In this document: positions 51,283-62,830 of the stretch, one piece after another
Layout of the letters: the number at the start of each line of letters is the position of its first letter
How positions within the stretch are numbered: the first letter of the stretch is position 1
Source of the DNA: Octopus bimaculoides
Lineage: Eukaryota
NCBI RefSeq assembly: GCF_001194135.2
Contig: NC_068981.1
Coordinates: forward strand, 18,332,767 to 18,396,766
Direction: 5' to 3'
DNA length: 64,000 nucleotides
Notes under the pieces: model-generated
What the model was told of the DNA's origin: nothing
Seen by the model: only the letters and a program-made list of their open reading frames with translations
Database searches by the model: none
Program-made: the position numbers and the translations under genes

Positions 51283-51570
51283 TTGTTCAGTAGTTTTATT
51301 TTTATAATGTGCTTTCACTTCACTACCGAGTGCAGCTCTGTGCGCCTTGGGTATGTGCTGTGGTTTGCTGTGGTGCTCTTATGTTTACTGTATTGAAAGT
51401 GTTTTGCGTAGAATGTGTGCAGTACCCAGTAGTGCAATTTTCTGTATGTTATATATATTTGTAAGTCCTGGTGTTTTTGTTATGTATTTGTCTGAATATT
51501 TTTTTATTATACCTAAGGCACCTACTATAATAGGAATTGTTTCTGCTTTTAGATTCCACATTCGAGTTAT
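51283..51570 (-). mobile_element. RLE-type (R4/Dong-like) LINE 3' end within (TTA)n
   Basis: ITRMWNLKAETIPIIVGALG...IQKIALLGTAHILRKTLSIQ* (51570-51385); TTA repeats on both sides. Confidence 0.85.
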
Positions 51571-51995
51571 CTATTATTATTATTATTATTATTATNNNNN
51601 NNNNNNNNNNNNNNNNNNNNNNNNNNNNNNNNNNNNNNNNNNNNNNNNNNNNNNNNNNNNNNNNNNNNNNNNNNNNNNNNNNNNNNNNNNNNNNNNNNNN
51701 NNNNNNNNNNNNNNNNNNNNNNNNNNNNNNNNNNNNNNNNNNNNNNNNNNNNNNNNNNNNNNNNNNNNNNNNNNNNNNNNNNNNNNNNNNNNNNNNNNNN
51801 NNNNNNNNNNNNNNNNNNNNNNNNNNNNNNNNNNNNNNNNNNNNNNNNNNNNNNNNNNNNNNNNNNNNNNNNNNNNNNNNNNNNNNNNNNNNNNNNNNNN
51901 NNNNNNNNNNNNNNNNNNNNNNNNNNNNNNNNNNNNNNNNNNNNNNNNNNNNNNNNNTATTATTATTATTATTATTATTATTGTTATTATTATTA

Positions 51996-52087
<92 letters not shown>

Positions 52088-52100
52088 GTTATTATTATTA

Positions 52101-52155
<55 letters not shown>

Positions 52156-52167
52156 CATCATTATCAT
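51571..52167. repeat. Long (TTA)n microsatellite spanning an N-gap (51596-51958)
   Basis: Direct inspection. Confidence 0.95.
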
Positions 52168-52206
52168 TATTATTGCTACTGTTGTTGTTTTTTGTTGTTT
52201 TTCCAG

Positions 52207-52347
52207 TCATCAGACCCTCTTAAGCAGTACCTGCAGAGGAATATGGCCACACTTCAACAGTGCTTGCATGAATCAGTATACAGTCTAATGGTACAAGAAC
52301 TTTGGCAGACTTCCATCCAGATCATGGAACAACAGATGATGGTTGGC
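52207..52347 (+). CDS. BAIAP3: Internal coding exon of the BAIAP3/Munc13-4-family gene (MHD2 start): SSDPLKQYLQRNMATLQQCLHESVYSLMVQELWQTSIQIMEQQMMVG
   Basis: Acceptor ttgttttttcCAG, donor GTAAGT at 52348; 141 nt, phase 0-0. Aligns by eye to AVAPLMKYLDEKLALLNASLVKGNLSRVLEALW, and the order is collinear with the previous exon. Confidence 0.8.
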
Positions 52348-52729
52348 GTAAGTAAACAAACACACAACTAGTGTGGTGGTCCTGTCCCTGGTGGTCCACC
52401 AAACCACTTAGAGACCCCGCCATCTCTTCTTCAACAACAACCAACACACAGCAACTGTAATAATTCTGTTGGGACATGACATATAACATGTAACTCTAGC
52501 TAACCCAGGATGGTAATAGTTTAAACAGGAAGAATGAATTTATTGTAAATTGATAGCTGTGGAAATGTAGCTGGGCTAAAAGCAGAAATATTGATTCAAG
52601 TACGATTTTGCTGTTATTTATGGTGACTGGATTTTAAAATATCAGTTACATCCATTGCAATGGAATGCCCCTTAAAATGAAAGGAGTCAGAAAGAAACTA
52701 TTGTTTTAGGGAATAAGGACGCAGAGTGT

Positions 52730-52779
52730 ATATCATCATCATCGTCATCGTCGTCATCATCATCATCGTCACCGTCATC

Positions 52780-52811
<32 letters not shown>

Positions 52812-52829
52812 CATCACTATTATCACCAC

Positions 52830-52864
<35 letters not shown>

Positions 52865-52868
52865 CCAC

Positions 52869-52901
<33 letters not shown>

Positions 52902-52915
52902 TGTCGTCATCAACA
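52730..52915. repeat. (CAT)n microsatellite, extended tail of a short minus-strand RTE 3' end
   Basis: Followed by aacatccatgctctatgctggcatgggtt. Confidence 0.9.
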
Positions 52916-52952
52916 TTTAACATCCATGCTCTATGCTGGCATGGGTTGCATG

Positions 52953-52983
<31 letters not shown>

Positions 52984-54524
52984 ATAAATATATATATATA
53001 TATTCTCTGTTGTGTGTGTATATATATATTTGTGTGTGTGTGGGTGTATGTGTATAAATATATATGTAAATATATACACACATTCATATACATATATGAA
53101 TGTATATATAAATATAGATATATATGCATATACACAAAGACACACACACACACACACATATATATACATATACATACATTACATACATACATATGTATAC
53201 ACATACACACACACATGCACACATGCACATACACACATACATATACACACGTGCACACACACGCATGCACACACACACCCACATACACGCACATACTCAC
53301 ATATATCGAACTTTCTATTTTAAATTCTGTTTTCTCAACTACCCTGGGTAGGTGGGTGGTTCTGAAAATGTTTTTTTCAGAAACATTACAGCAGCTATTT
53401 TTATAGCTTGTGTCTTTCCAGCGACAAACACTAAATGAGAAAAATGAAGTAACATGCCTTACCTAAAGAAACAACACAATGACAGCCAAGCAAATAAGAG
53501 ATAATCTATGATCTCATTTGATTGACTAGAAATAACAGTTGAATTTATGTATTCCGCTCTACCATCTTACAAACAAAAAAAAAGTGGGGACTTATTAAAT
53601 TTCGTTGTGTCTTGGGAGGGTCATTATGCCAATAATAAACACATGCACTGGTTCTATTTCACTTCTTCATTATTTATTTGTCAACTGGTTGACTATGATG
53701 TTGAGTTAAATACATTAAACTATAGTGGTTCTCAGGTAGCAAATTGGCTGAGTGGTTAAAGGATTGGATAGGATAATTTGTGGTATGTGTTCCAGGTTTC
53801 TGTGCACTGAGTTCAAATCCTGCCAAGGTTGACTTTATTTTCCATCCTTTGTGGGTTAATAAACAAGTTATGCCATTTCTCAGGAATGAAATTTATGAAA
53901 TTGTTAAAAGCATCAGACACGATGACTTGTGGTATCTGTTTTAGCTTTTGACTACTTTCTGAGTACAAATCCCATGTATTGGCATCACTAGAAAAAAACC
54001 CCTAAAAAACTAAAAGTGACACTGCTGTTAGTTTGATAGGTGTATAATAACAGCAATTGCATAACCAATAGAAGCATAACTTTCTTGATTTGATTCAAAA
54101 GTGATCATAATATAATAGGATGCATTATTCTGTAAGGAGCTTAGGGCTGGTTTCTTAGTCTCTCTGGCATAGATATTCCTCTCACTGAAAGGGATGCTGG
54201 CCCATAGCAGGATTACTCACGTTTACCAGCTGAGTGTACTGGAGCAATGTGAAATAAAGTGTTTTATTCAAGAACACAATACACCGTGCAGTCCAGGAAT
54301 TGAAACCACAATCTTGTGATCATGAGTCCAACACTCTGACCACTAAGTTATGTGCCTCCATTAGCATAATATGATATTAAAGTAAAAATTGGAGCTCTGT
54401 GTCTCAGCAAAGTTTTCCATCATGTCTGATCCAATTGAATTATCCAACCTATGGAATACAGGTGTCTCAAGCAAACACCCTTTGATAATATGTGCAATGT
54501 TTTGCTAATTGTATTTAATTGCCA

Positions 54525-54860
54525 GAAGACCTGGCAAGCTAAGTGAGACCATAACCCGTGGCCTATTCCAGGGGTGTAACCAGCCCACTTATGTGTACCT
54601 TTCCTTCATTGGACACTAAACTCTGCTTGCGAAGACCTGTTAAGGCAAGTGGAATCAAAATCAAATCAAATACGCAAATTCGATGACTGGCACCTGTGCC
54701 AGTGGAGCACTAAGAGCACCATCCGAGCGTGATCGCTGCCAGAGCAGCTGTCTGGCTTCTGTGCCGGTGGAATGTAAAAAGCACCATTTGAGTGTGATCG
54801 TTACCAGCGTCGTCTTACTGGCACTTGTGCTGGTGACACGTGAAAAAACATTCGAGCGAA
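54525..54860 (+). mobile_element. Long-UTR RTE 3' subfamily fragment
   Basis: Matches 12950-13300 in reverse. Confidence 0.8.
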
Positions 54861-54888
54861 CTATGTGGTTGGCAAGCAAGCTACTTAC

Positions 54889-54932
<44 letters not shown>

Positions 54933-55058
54933 GAGAGGGAGAGAGATAGAGAGAGTATAAGATTTTGTTGCCCACTATCTTTTCATGTAACATTTGCCCA
55001 TGTAGCATACAATGTGGTAACACAGTACTTTAGCCATGAGTTAGATCGATAGATAGAA

Positions 55059-55099
<41 letters not shown>

Positions 55100-55783
55100 N
55101 NNNNNNNNNNNNNNNNNNNNNNNNNNNNNNNNNNNNNNNNNNNNNNNNNNNNNNNNNNNNNNNNNNNNNNNNNNNNNNNNNNNNNNNNNNNNNNNNNNNN
55201 NNNNNNNNNNNNNNNNNNNNNNNNNNNNNNNNNNNNNNNNNNNNNNNNNNNNNNNNNNNNNNNNNNNNNNNNNNNNNNNNNNNNNNNNNNNNNNNNNNNN
55301 NNNNNNNNNNNNNNNNNNNNNNNNNNNNNNNNNNNNNNNNNNNNNNNNNNNNNNNNNNNNNNNNNNNNNNNNNNNNNNNNNNNNNNNNNNNNNNNNNNNN
55401 NNNNNNNNNNNNNNNNNNNNNNNNNNNNNNNNNNNNNNNNNNNNNNNNNNNNNNNNNNNNNNNNNNNNNNNNNNNNNNNNNNNNNNNNNNNNNNNNNNNN
55501 NNNNNNNNNNNNNNNNNNNNNNNNNNNNNNNNNNNNNNNNNNNNNNNNNNNNNNNNNNNNNNNNNNNNNNNNNNNNNNNNNNNNNNNNNNNNNNNNNNNN
55601 NNNNNNNNNNNNNNNNNNNNNNNNNNNNNNNNNNNNNNNNNNNNNNNNNNNNNNNNNNNNNNNNNNNNNNNNNNNNNNNNNNNNNNNNNNNNNNNNNNNN
55701 NNNNNNNNNNNNNNNNNNNNNNNNNNNNNNNNNNNNNNNNNNNNNNNNNNNNNNNNNNNNNNNNNNNNNTATATATATATATA

Positions 55784-55835
<52 letters not shown>

Positions 55836-58302
55836 CTCTGTTGATTAATTCTTGTGTATTTTAGATAAATTTTTGATGAAGCTCACAACCGATTCTCTTG
55901 TTTGGTGATAGATTCTTAAAACTAATGAATATTGACCTGATTATTAATTCTGAATTGGTGTGAGGCCTTAACGTCCCCTGAGGGGCAAAGAGGGGATTGA
56001 TGATAAATACAATAACAACAACATCAACAACAACAGCAATAATAATAATGGTGGTGACGATGATTGATGATGATGGTGGCGGCAGTGGTGGAAGCAGAAA
56101 AGAGGGAGGTGGTGATAGTGATGGTGGTGGTGATAGTGATGGTGGTGGTGATGGTACTTCTGTGAGAGCTGATTGTTTTATAGCTGTTGGGATAGATGTT
56201 TAACCTCTTAAGTAGTCTCAACTATGACACGACTGCCCCATTATTCTAACCTCTAATGGAAAACCAAAGCAGCAGACACACTTATTTATTGGCCAAACAT
56301 GTGTGAGAGACATGAAAACGTTACCAGCCTATATATACTTTAACCTTATTAGCAACTATAAACTCAGCAAGATCTTTTATATTGAATTGATCATTAATAG
56401 ATTTTTATCAATAACCAATCAGAAATGAATCAATGCTGTATCTATAGTCTGGTATTAAAAGTAGGAGTTGGTGGTACCATGAGACAGAGTAACAGTGATT
56501 TTTGCCTTTATTTCTAATATAATTTGTGTTAATGTAGACCATCATTTGCTTTCCAAATTGCACTTTCTTTATCATCAATCTGCTGGCTATCCAACCGATT
56601 CTGATGATGATTTTAATCGTTAATTTGACTACTCTCAGAACAAGCATGGCTGTATGATTAAGAATTTGCTTGAGAATCATACGATGTGGAGTTCAGAGCT
56701 AGTGTGTGGCTGCTCTGGCAAATGTCTTCTACTCTAGCCATGGGCTGACTAAAGTTTTGTACAGACAAACTGAAAGAAGTTCATTTGTAAACATACATAT
56801 GTGCATACATACATACATACATGATGATGGCTGTCCACTCGTGACCGAGGAAGACCATTGCTGACTTTCAGGAACATTGTGCGCTCTAGGACTAACTTAT
56901 ATTTTGCATTAGCGGCTCCGTTGGTGGCTAGGACCTAGTGCAGGCTCAACGGCTATCCAGCAATAGCACAGGTACACAGAAATTCCGGGATGGTGTCCGG
57001 CGTGCTGAAAGACCCCTGGGAGTGAGGCACCCCTCAGCTTTTGTTGAAGCATGTCTCTAGGAGAAGGTCACTCTGATATAAAACCAGATATGCAAGGAAT
57101 GACATACATACATGCATACATACACTAAAGGAAATATAGACCTTGAAACTCTCTGCATTCAATAAAACAGTGGCCCACAATGTGTTTGCAGTGCCAGTAC
57201 TCATACCAACGTTTGGGCTGCTTGACTGGATGCTTGATGAAATCTGAGCCATTGATGTGAAAACCTGGAAGATACTAACCAGCACACATAATTTCCAAAT
57301 CAACAATGACATTGTCTGCCTCTGCCTAAAACAAAAACATGTATGTATGTGTGTGTGAACACACACATACACACATATACACACATACATATGTACTTCC
57401 GTATATATTTGTATGTATGTATGTTTGTGTCTCCTTGTCTTGATATCACACAATTTCTATAAACAAACCTCACAGTCTTACAAATGGTTTTTCAAATTTC
57501 TAGTCTTCTGTGAAAACATGTCCTCTCATGGGAAAATATTAACTTCCTTGGAAACAGGTGAAAGTTGGTGACAGGAAAGGCATTCAGCCATGGAGCAGCA
57601 GACATTAAAACGATCATGATTCTATCAGTGCTAGTGACTAACCTATTTATAGTGGTCACTATCCTACCAATTTCACTGACTGTTCTACCAATTACACCGA
57701 CTGTCTTGCTAATTCTTGTAACTAATCTATCAATTCTGTTGATTATTTTTATAACTCTGCTATCAATTTTGCTGTCTTTTCAATATTTATGTCTGTTCCA
57801 TAAATTCTAGTGTCTATCACAGTTATACTTCAAACTATCTTATCAGTCAACTGACTGTTCTACAAATTCTAGTGATAGTACTACCAATTCTGTTGACTAA
57901 CCTAGCACTTCTGATGGCTACCTTACCAGTTCATCTGATTATGCAATTGCTTGAGTGACAGTTCTACATTTAAATGGTTATCCTACCAATTCTGAAGACT
58001 ATTCTCCAATTCTACTAACTAGCCGACTAATTTTATTGATGGTCCTTCTAATTCTAATGGCTATTCTTATTTATTAAGTAATGTCTAGCAATATACAATG
58101 AAGTAATTTTAAAACTATGAACTCCAAGGGGGGAAGCATTATCTTAGGAGATGCAGAGTAGAGAGGGGTAAAGTATGAGAAAGAAAGGCCATAACAGAAT
58201 AGATTTCTTGCTGTAGGAAATATAATATATTTGTGTGTGTATATATAATAATAACAATAATGATAATCTGTTTTCGACGATGCCTTCGGGTTTACTAATA
58301 AT

Positions 58303-58805
58303 CAGAGCAAAAAATTGGTACTACCACAAACCTGAAGGCATCGTTGAAAATAAAAATGCAAAGTTCCTATGGGATTTTATGATTCAGTGCGACCATGGGA
58401 TAGAGAATACGAAAGCAGACATAGTGTTAATTGAGAAAGAAAACAAACTATGCTGTATCTTAGATATAGCATGCCCAGCCTACAACAAGGTATGTGATAA
58501 GGAAGAAAGAAAAGTCGAGAGATATGACAGGTTAGCATGGGAAGTTAAGCAGTTGTGGTCGGTGAAAATGGTAGTAGTAGTACCAATAATTGTCGGAGTC
58601 CTGGGAACAGTGAGCAAAAACTCGAGAAGTACGTGGAACAAATAGGGGCTGCAATAAGGGTGGAGCACTTGCAGAAAACAGCATTGCTTGGAACCGCCCG
58701 AATACTCCGGAAGCTGCTTGGAAAATAAGAGATGTTACCTTAGTTCACTGTAAGTGAACAGCTGACACTGCAGTACGTCTCCAGCATTAGAAGCTGTGCA
58801 AAGGC
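58303..58805 (+). mobile_element. RLE-type (R4/Dong-like) LINE 3' end with an (AAT)n tail
   Basis: WYYHKPEGIVENKNAKFLWDFMIQCD..IENTKADIVLIEK...ILDIACP...VVPIIVGVLG / LQKTALLGTARILRKLL*; 3' UTR then (AAT)n at 58806-58895. Confidence 0.9.
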
Positions 58806-58815
58806 AATAATAATG

Positions 58816-58897
<82 letters not shown>

Positions 58898-58999
58898 ACT
58901 TATTGTGTACAGTGGTCAGGTGCAATATAATTCATCAGTAAAAGTAACCAAAACTGCATGAACAGTACTTAGAGTAATGCACAAGAAGTTGACAGTAAT

Positions 59000-59210
59000 T
59001 AAGTCTTTAAAAAATGGTGGGGTGGCACCAGGTGTATTGCTGGTGAATTTCAGGAAGCATGGAAGTTTTGAAGGATGCAATGTCCTGACAACCAGCTACT
59101 AATGTGCATAGTTTATTCTCTGCTTCAGGAATTCTGAACATGAAAAAAATGTTTCTGAAAGACATGGGTGTTGTGTTGTTTTTTGATTTTGTAAGCATAT
59201 ATGTGCAGGC
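59000..59210 (-). mobile_element. CR1-like LINE 3' terminal fragment
   Basis: FRNIFFMFRIPEAENKLCTLVAGCQDIASFKTSMLPEI; similar to 20225-20440. Confidence 0.6.
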
Positions 59211-61077
59211 ATGGCTGTGTGGTCGAATTCAGTATTGAAAAGTGGCCCGACCCAGACCCATCGTTTTGCTTGAGAGAAGCGAAAGCTATATCGGGCGAAA
59301 AAACCTAAGAGGACGAGTGCCTCATATTGTGTAATGAAAAATCGTAAGAGGCAAATGCCTTAATTTATGACTTTTTATGTACGAGGTTCATAGCCTCAAT
59401 GTGAAAATTTAATTTTATAAAGAACAGTGTTATAGAGAAGCAAAGTTCGGCGGGCGGCTTTTGCCTTCTCTCATTATACCATCATATTTATCATCCATTT
59501 CATCTCATTAATGTTTTTGTCCAGCCCGTAGCTACTCTCTGTGTACTGCCTTTATGGCAAATTGAAATGAAATAANNNNNNNNNNNNNNNNNNNNNNNNN
59601 NNNNNNNNNNNNNNNNNNNNNNNNNNNNNNNNNNNNNNNNNNNNNNNNNNNNNNNNNNNNNNNNNNNNNNNNNNNNNNNNNNNNNNNNNNNNNNNNNNNN
59701 NNNNNNNNNNNNNNNNNNNNNNNNNNNNNNNNNNNNNNNNNNNNNNNNNNNNNNNNNNNNNNNNNNNNNNNNNNNNNNNNNNNNNNNNNNNNNNNNNNNN
59801 NNNNNNNNNNNNNNNNNNNNNNNNNNNNNNNNNNNNNNNNNNNNNNNNNNNNNNNNNNNNNNNNNNNNNNNNNNNNNNNNNNNNNNNNNNNNNNAGTGGT
59901 TGGCGTTAGGAAGGGTATCCAGCTGTAGAAACTCTGCCAAATCAGATTGGAGCCTGGTGTTGCCATCCGGTTTCACCCGTCCTCAGTCAAATCGTCCAAC
60001 CCATGCTAGCATGGAAAGCAGACATTAAACGATGATGATGATGATGATATATATATATGGGTGTGTGTGTGTGTCCACCATCACTTGACAACTGATGCTG
60101 GTGTGTTTACATCCCCGTAACTTAGCAGTTCGGCAAAATAGACCAATAAAATAAGTACTAGGCTTACAAAGAATAAGTCTTGGNNNNNNNNNNATAAGTA
60201 CTAGGCTTACAAAGAATAAGTCTTGGGGTCGATTTGTTCAACTAAAGGCGGTGCTCCAGCATGGCCGCAGTCAAATGACTGAAACAAATAAAAGAATTGT
60301 ATGTGGAAAGACCTTTGCTGCAGAAATTAATTGAAATTGCCTGGGAGTATTATTTTACCAACAAAAAAATCCTTAATTTTAAACTCATTCATATATCAGT
60401 GATCCCCTTGACAGTTTAATTTAAACATTCCTTAATCATTTTGTGACCACATTTTAAATGAAATACACTGTTTGAAATAATTTCAAAAACAACAAAGAAT
60501 TCAGTAAGATTTAAAAAAAAATAATTAACTTTTCCATTTATTGGTGTTTGTTGTCAAGAGACCTATGGTCGAAGCCATTCCATCTGTGAACATCCCTAAA
60601 TTAATCAATGTATCCTTTATTTACTTTATTTACAATCATGAGTGCAATACCTTAGAGTTTAGGGTATGGCACTCATGATTGTAAGATCGTGGGTTCAATT
60701 CCCAGATTGGGTACTGCTTTGTGTTTTTGAGCAAAACACTTCATTTCACATTGCCCTCGTCCACTCACCTGTAAATAAGTTCAAGCAATAACTAGGAAGT
60801 TAACTCTTTGATGGACTAGCATCCTGTTCAGTCGGGTGTGAAGTAACTTCAGTCAATTATATGCCATGAAAACTGAGTTAAGCCTTGGCTTTATGGGTCC
60901 CAGTGATCAGAAAAAACAGAAGTAGAAGGATGTGTTGTGAGGGAGATTTCATTGCCAGTCATTTCTAGCAGGTTGAATGATTGCATAGAAGTTGTCTTAT
61001 TGGTTTATTAAGTCAGTGTATGCAACTGCACAAAAGGTTTCTGTATAAAATTATGATGCAAGATTTTCATTTAAATA

Positions 61078-61500
61078 TAAGGAGTGGCTGTGTGGTAAGT
61101 AGCTTGCTTACCAACCACATGGTTCTGGGTTCAGTCCCACAGCATGGCACCTTGGGCAAGTGTCTTCTACAATAACCTCGGGCCGATCAAAGCCTTGTCA
61201 GTGGATTTGGTAGACAGAAACTGAAAGAAGCCCGTTGTATATATGTATGTATGTGTGTGTGTGTGTGTATATATGTTAGTGTGTCTGTGTTTGTCCCCCC
61301 AACATCGCTTGACAACCGATGCTGGTCTGTTAATGTTCCCGTAACTTAGCAGTTCGGCAAAAGAGAATGATAGAATAAGTACTAGGCTTACAAAGAATAA
61401 GTCCTGGGGTCGATTTGCTCGACTAAAAGGGTGGTGCTCCAGCATGGCCGCAGTCAAATGACTGAAACAAGTAAAAGAGTAAAAGAGAGAGTAAAAAAGT
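61078..61500 (+). mobile_element. SINE family A, full length
   Basis: Consensus match, (GTAAAAGA)n tail. Confidence 0.92.
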
Positions 61501-61509
61501 ATAGATGTA

Positions 61510-62005
61510 AGCATGGTTGTGTGGTTAAGGAGTTTCCTTCCGGACTATGTGGTTTCAGGTTCAGTCCCACTGCATGGCACTTCAAGCAAATGTCTTCTAT
61601 TATAGCTATAGGCCAACTAAGGTCTTATGAGTGGATTTGGGAGATGGAAACTGATTGAAGCCAGTTGTGTGTGTGTGTGTGTGTGCATGCGCGTGCGCAT
61701 ATGTGTGTGTGTGTGCGTGCGCGTGCACATATGTGTGTGTGTGTGTGTGTTTGTATGTGTGTGTGCATGTCGCTGTGTGAATGCTTGTATCTCTTTGTCT
61801 TGATACTGCTTGATAGTTGTTAATGAATATTATTCAATTCTAATATTCTGCGGGAATGTGTCTGGCCATGGAGAAATATTACCTTGCTTGGAAACAGGTA
61901 AGGGTTGGTGACGGGAAAAGCATCCAGCTGTAGAAAATCTGCTTCAATAAACTCCATCTGACCCATAGAAGCATGTAAAAGTGGACAGTCAAATGATGAT
62001 GATAA
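61510..62005 (+). mobile_element. Composite SINE: family A head plus RTE-type tail
   Basis: Same architecture as 2780-3275; ends aaatgatgatgat. Confidence 0.7.
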
Positions 62006-62212
62006 ATATTCTGATACAATTTCTGAATCACAGAACAAGCGATGGTCTCATGGGTTGGTGGTTTGGAATCATAGCAGGGCATTAATGTCAAATCATAAAA
62101 ACTTTTGTTTAATTGTGAAGGCATTGTTGTTTTCTATTCTGATTTTGTTGCTTTTCCTTTATCTATTCTGTTGTATAACCATAGAACTGTTTCTTTTTCC
62201 CATTCTACACAG

Positions 62213-62245
62213 CAACTTCCTGATTATTACCAGATACTGTATCGG
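62213..62245 (+). CDS. BAIAP3: 33-nt micro-exon QLPDYYQILYR, probable next exon of the same gene
   Basis: Acceptor ttctttttcccattctacaCAG, donor GTAAGT at 62246; phase 0-0. Fits the position of the family segment SADFYSRFHFTL after the 52207 exon. Confidence 0.6.
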
Positions 62246-62410
62246 GTAAGTAAAATTAATTCATCTTTTCTAATTCTTTAGTATTTTTATTCTTTGCAGT
62301 GAAGGCCAGTTGGTCCCTCCTACGTTCAAATGCATGTATATATAGAGTCTACGCTACATATAACCCCACACCAATCAGAGACAAAATAGATGATAAAAGA
62401 AAAATATATA

Positions 62411-62830
62411 CCGTAAATCCTCGAGTATAACCCGCACTTTTTTCCCAAAATTTAAAGGTCAAAATTTCTAGTGCGTACTATATACGAGGTTAAAAATGAA
62501 AAATATTTTCTAAGCAAAATTTTTTAAGTGATAAATATGTAAAGGCAATTTACTTAATATTTATTTTTCACTGACGTTATTACTGTTATTTCTTAATTTT
62601 CTGCAAATGCACAAAAAAGCTACATGTTTGCATTATGTTATATATACAATAATAATAAAGGACGTTACCATATATACGTTTACAAACCAAGGACGTTATA
62701 TAGACCTCCTTGACTCAAGTTAGAGAAGGGGTGTGTATTATACACAAGGTTTACGTTTTTCAGAGGTACAGCCCCCTAAAAATCCCCTGTGTATTATACT
62801 CAAGGGAGGATTATACTCGAGGATTTATGG
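62411..62830. mobile_element. 420-bp Tc2/pogo-like MITE
   Basis: TIRs CCGTAAATCCTCGAGTATAA / TTATACTCGAGGATTTATGG, TA TSDs at 62409-10 and 62831-32. Confidence 0.9.
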
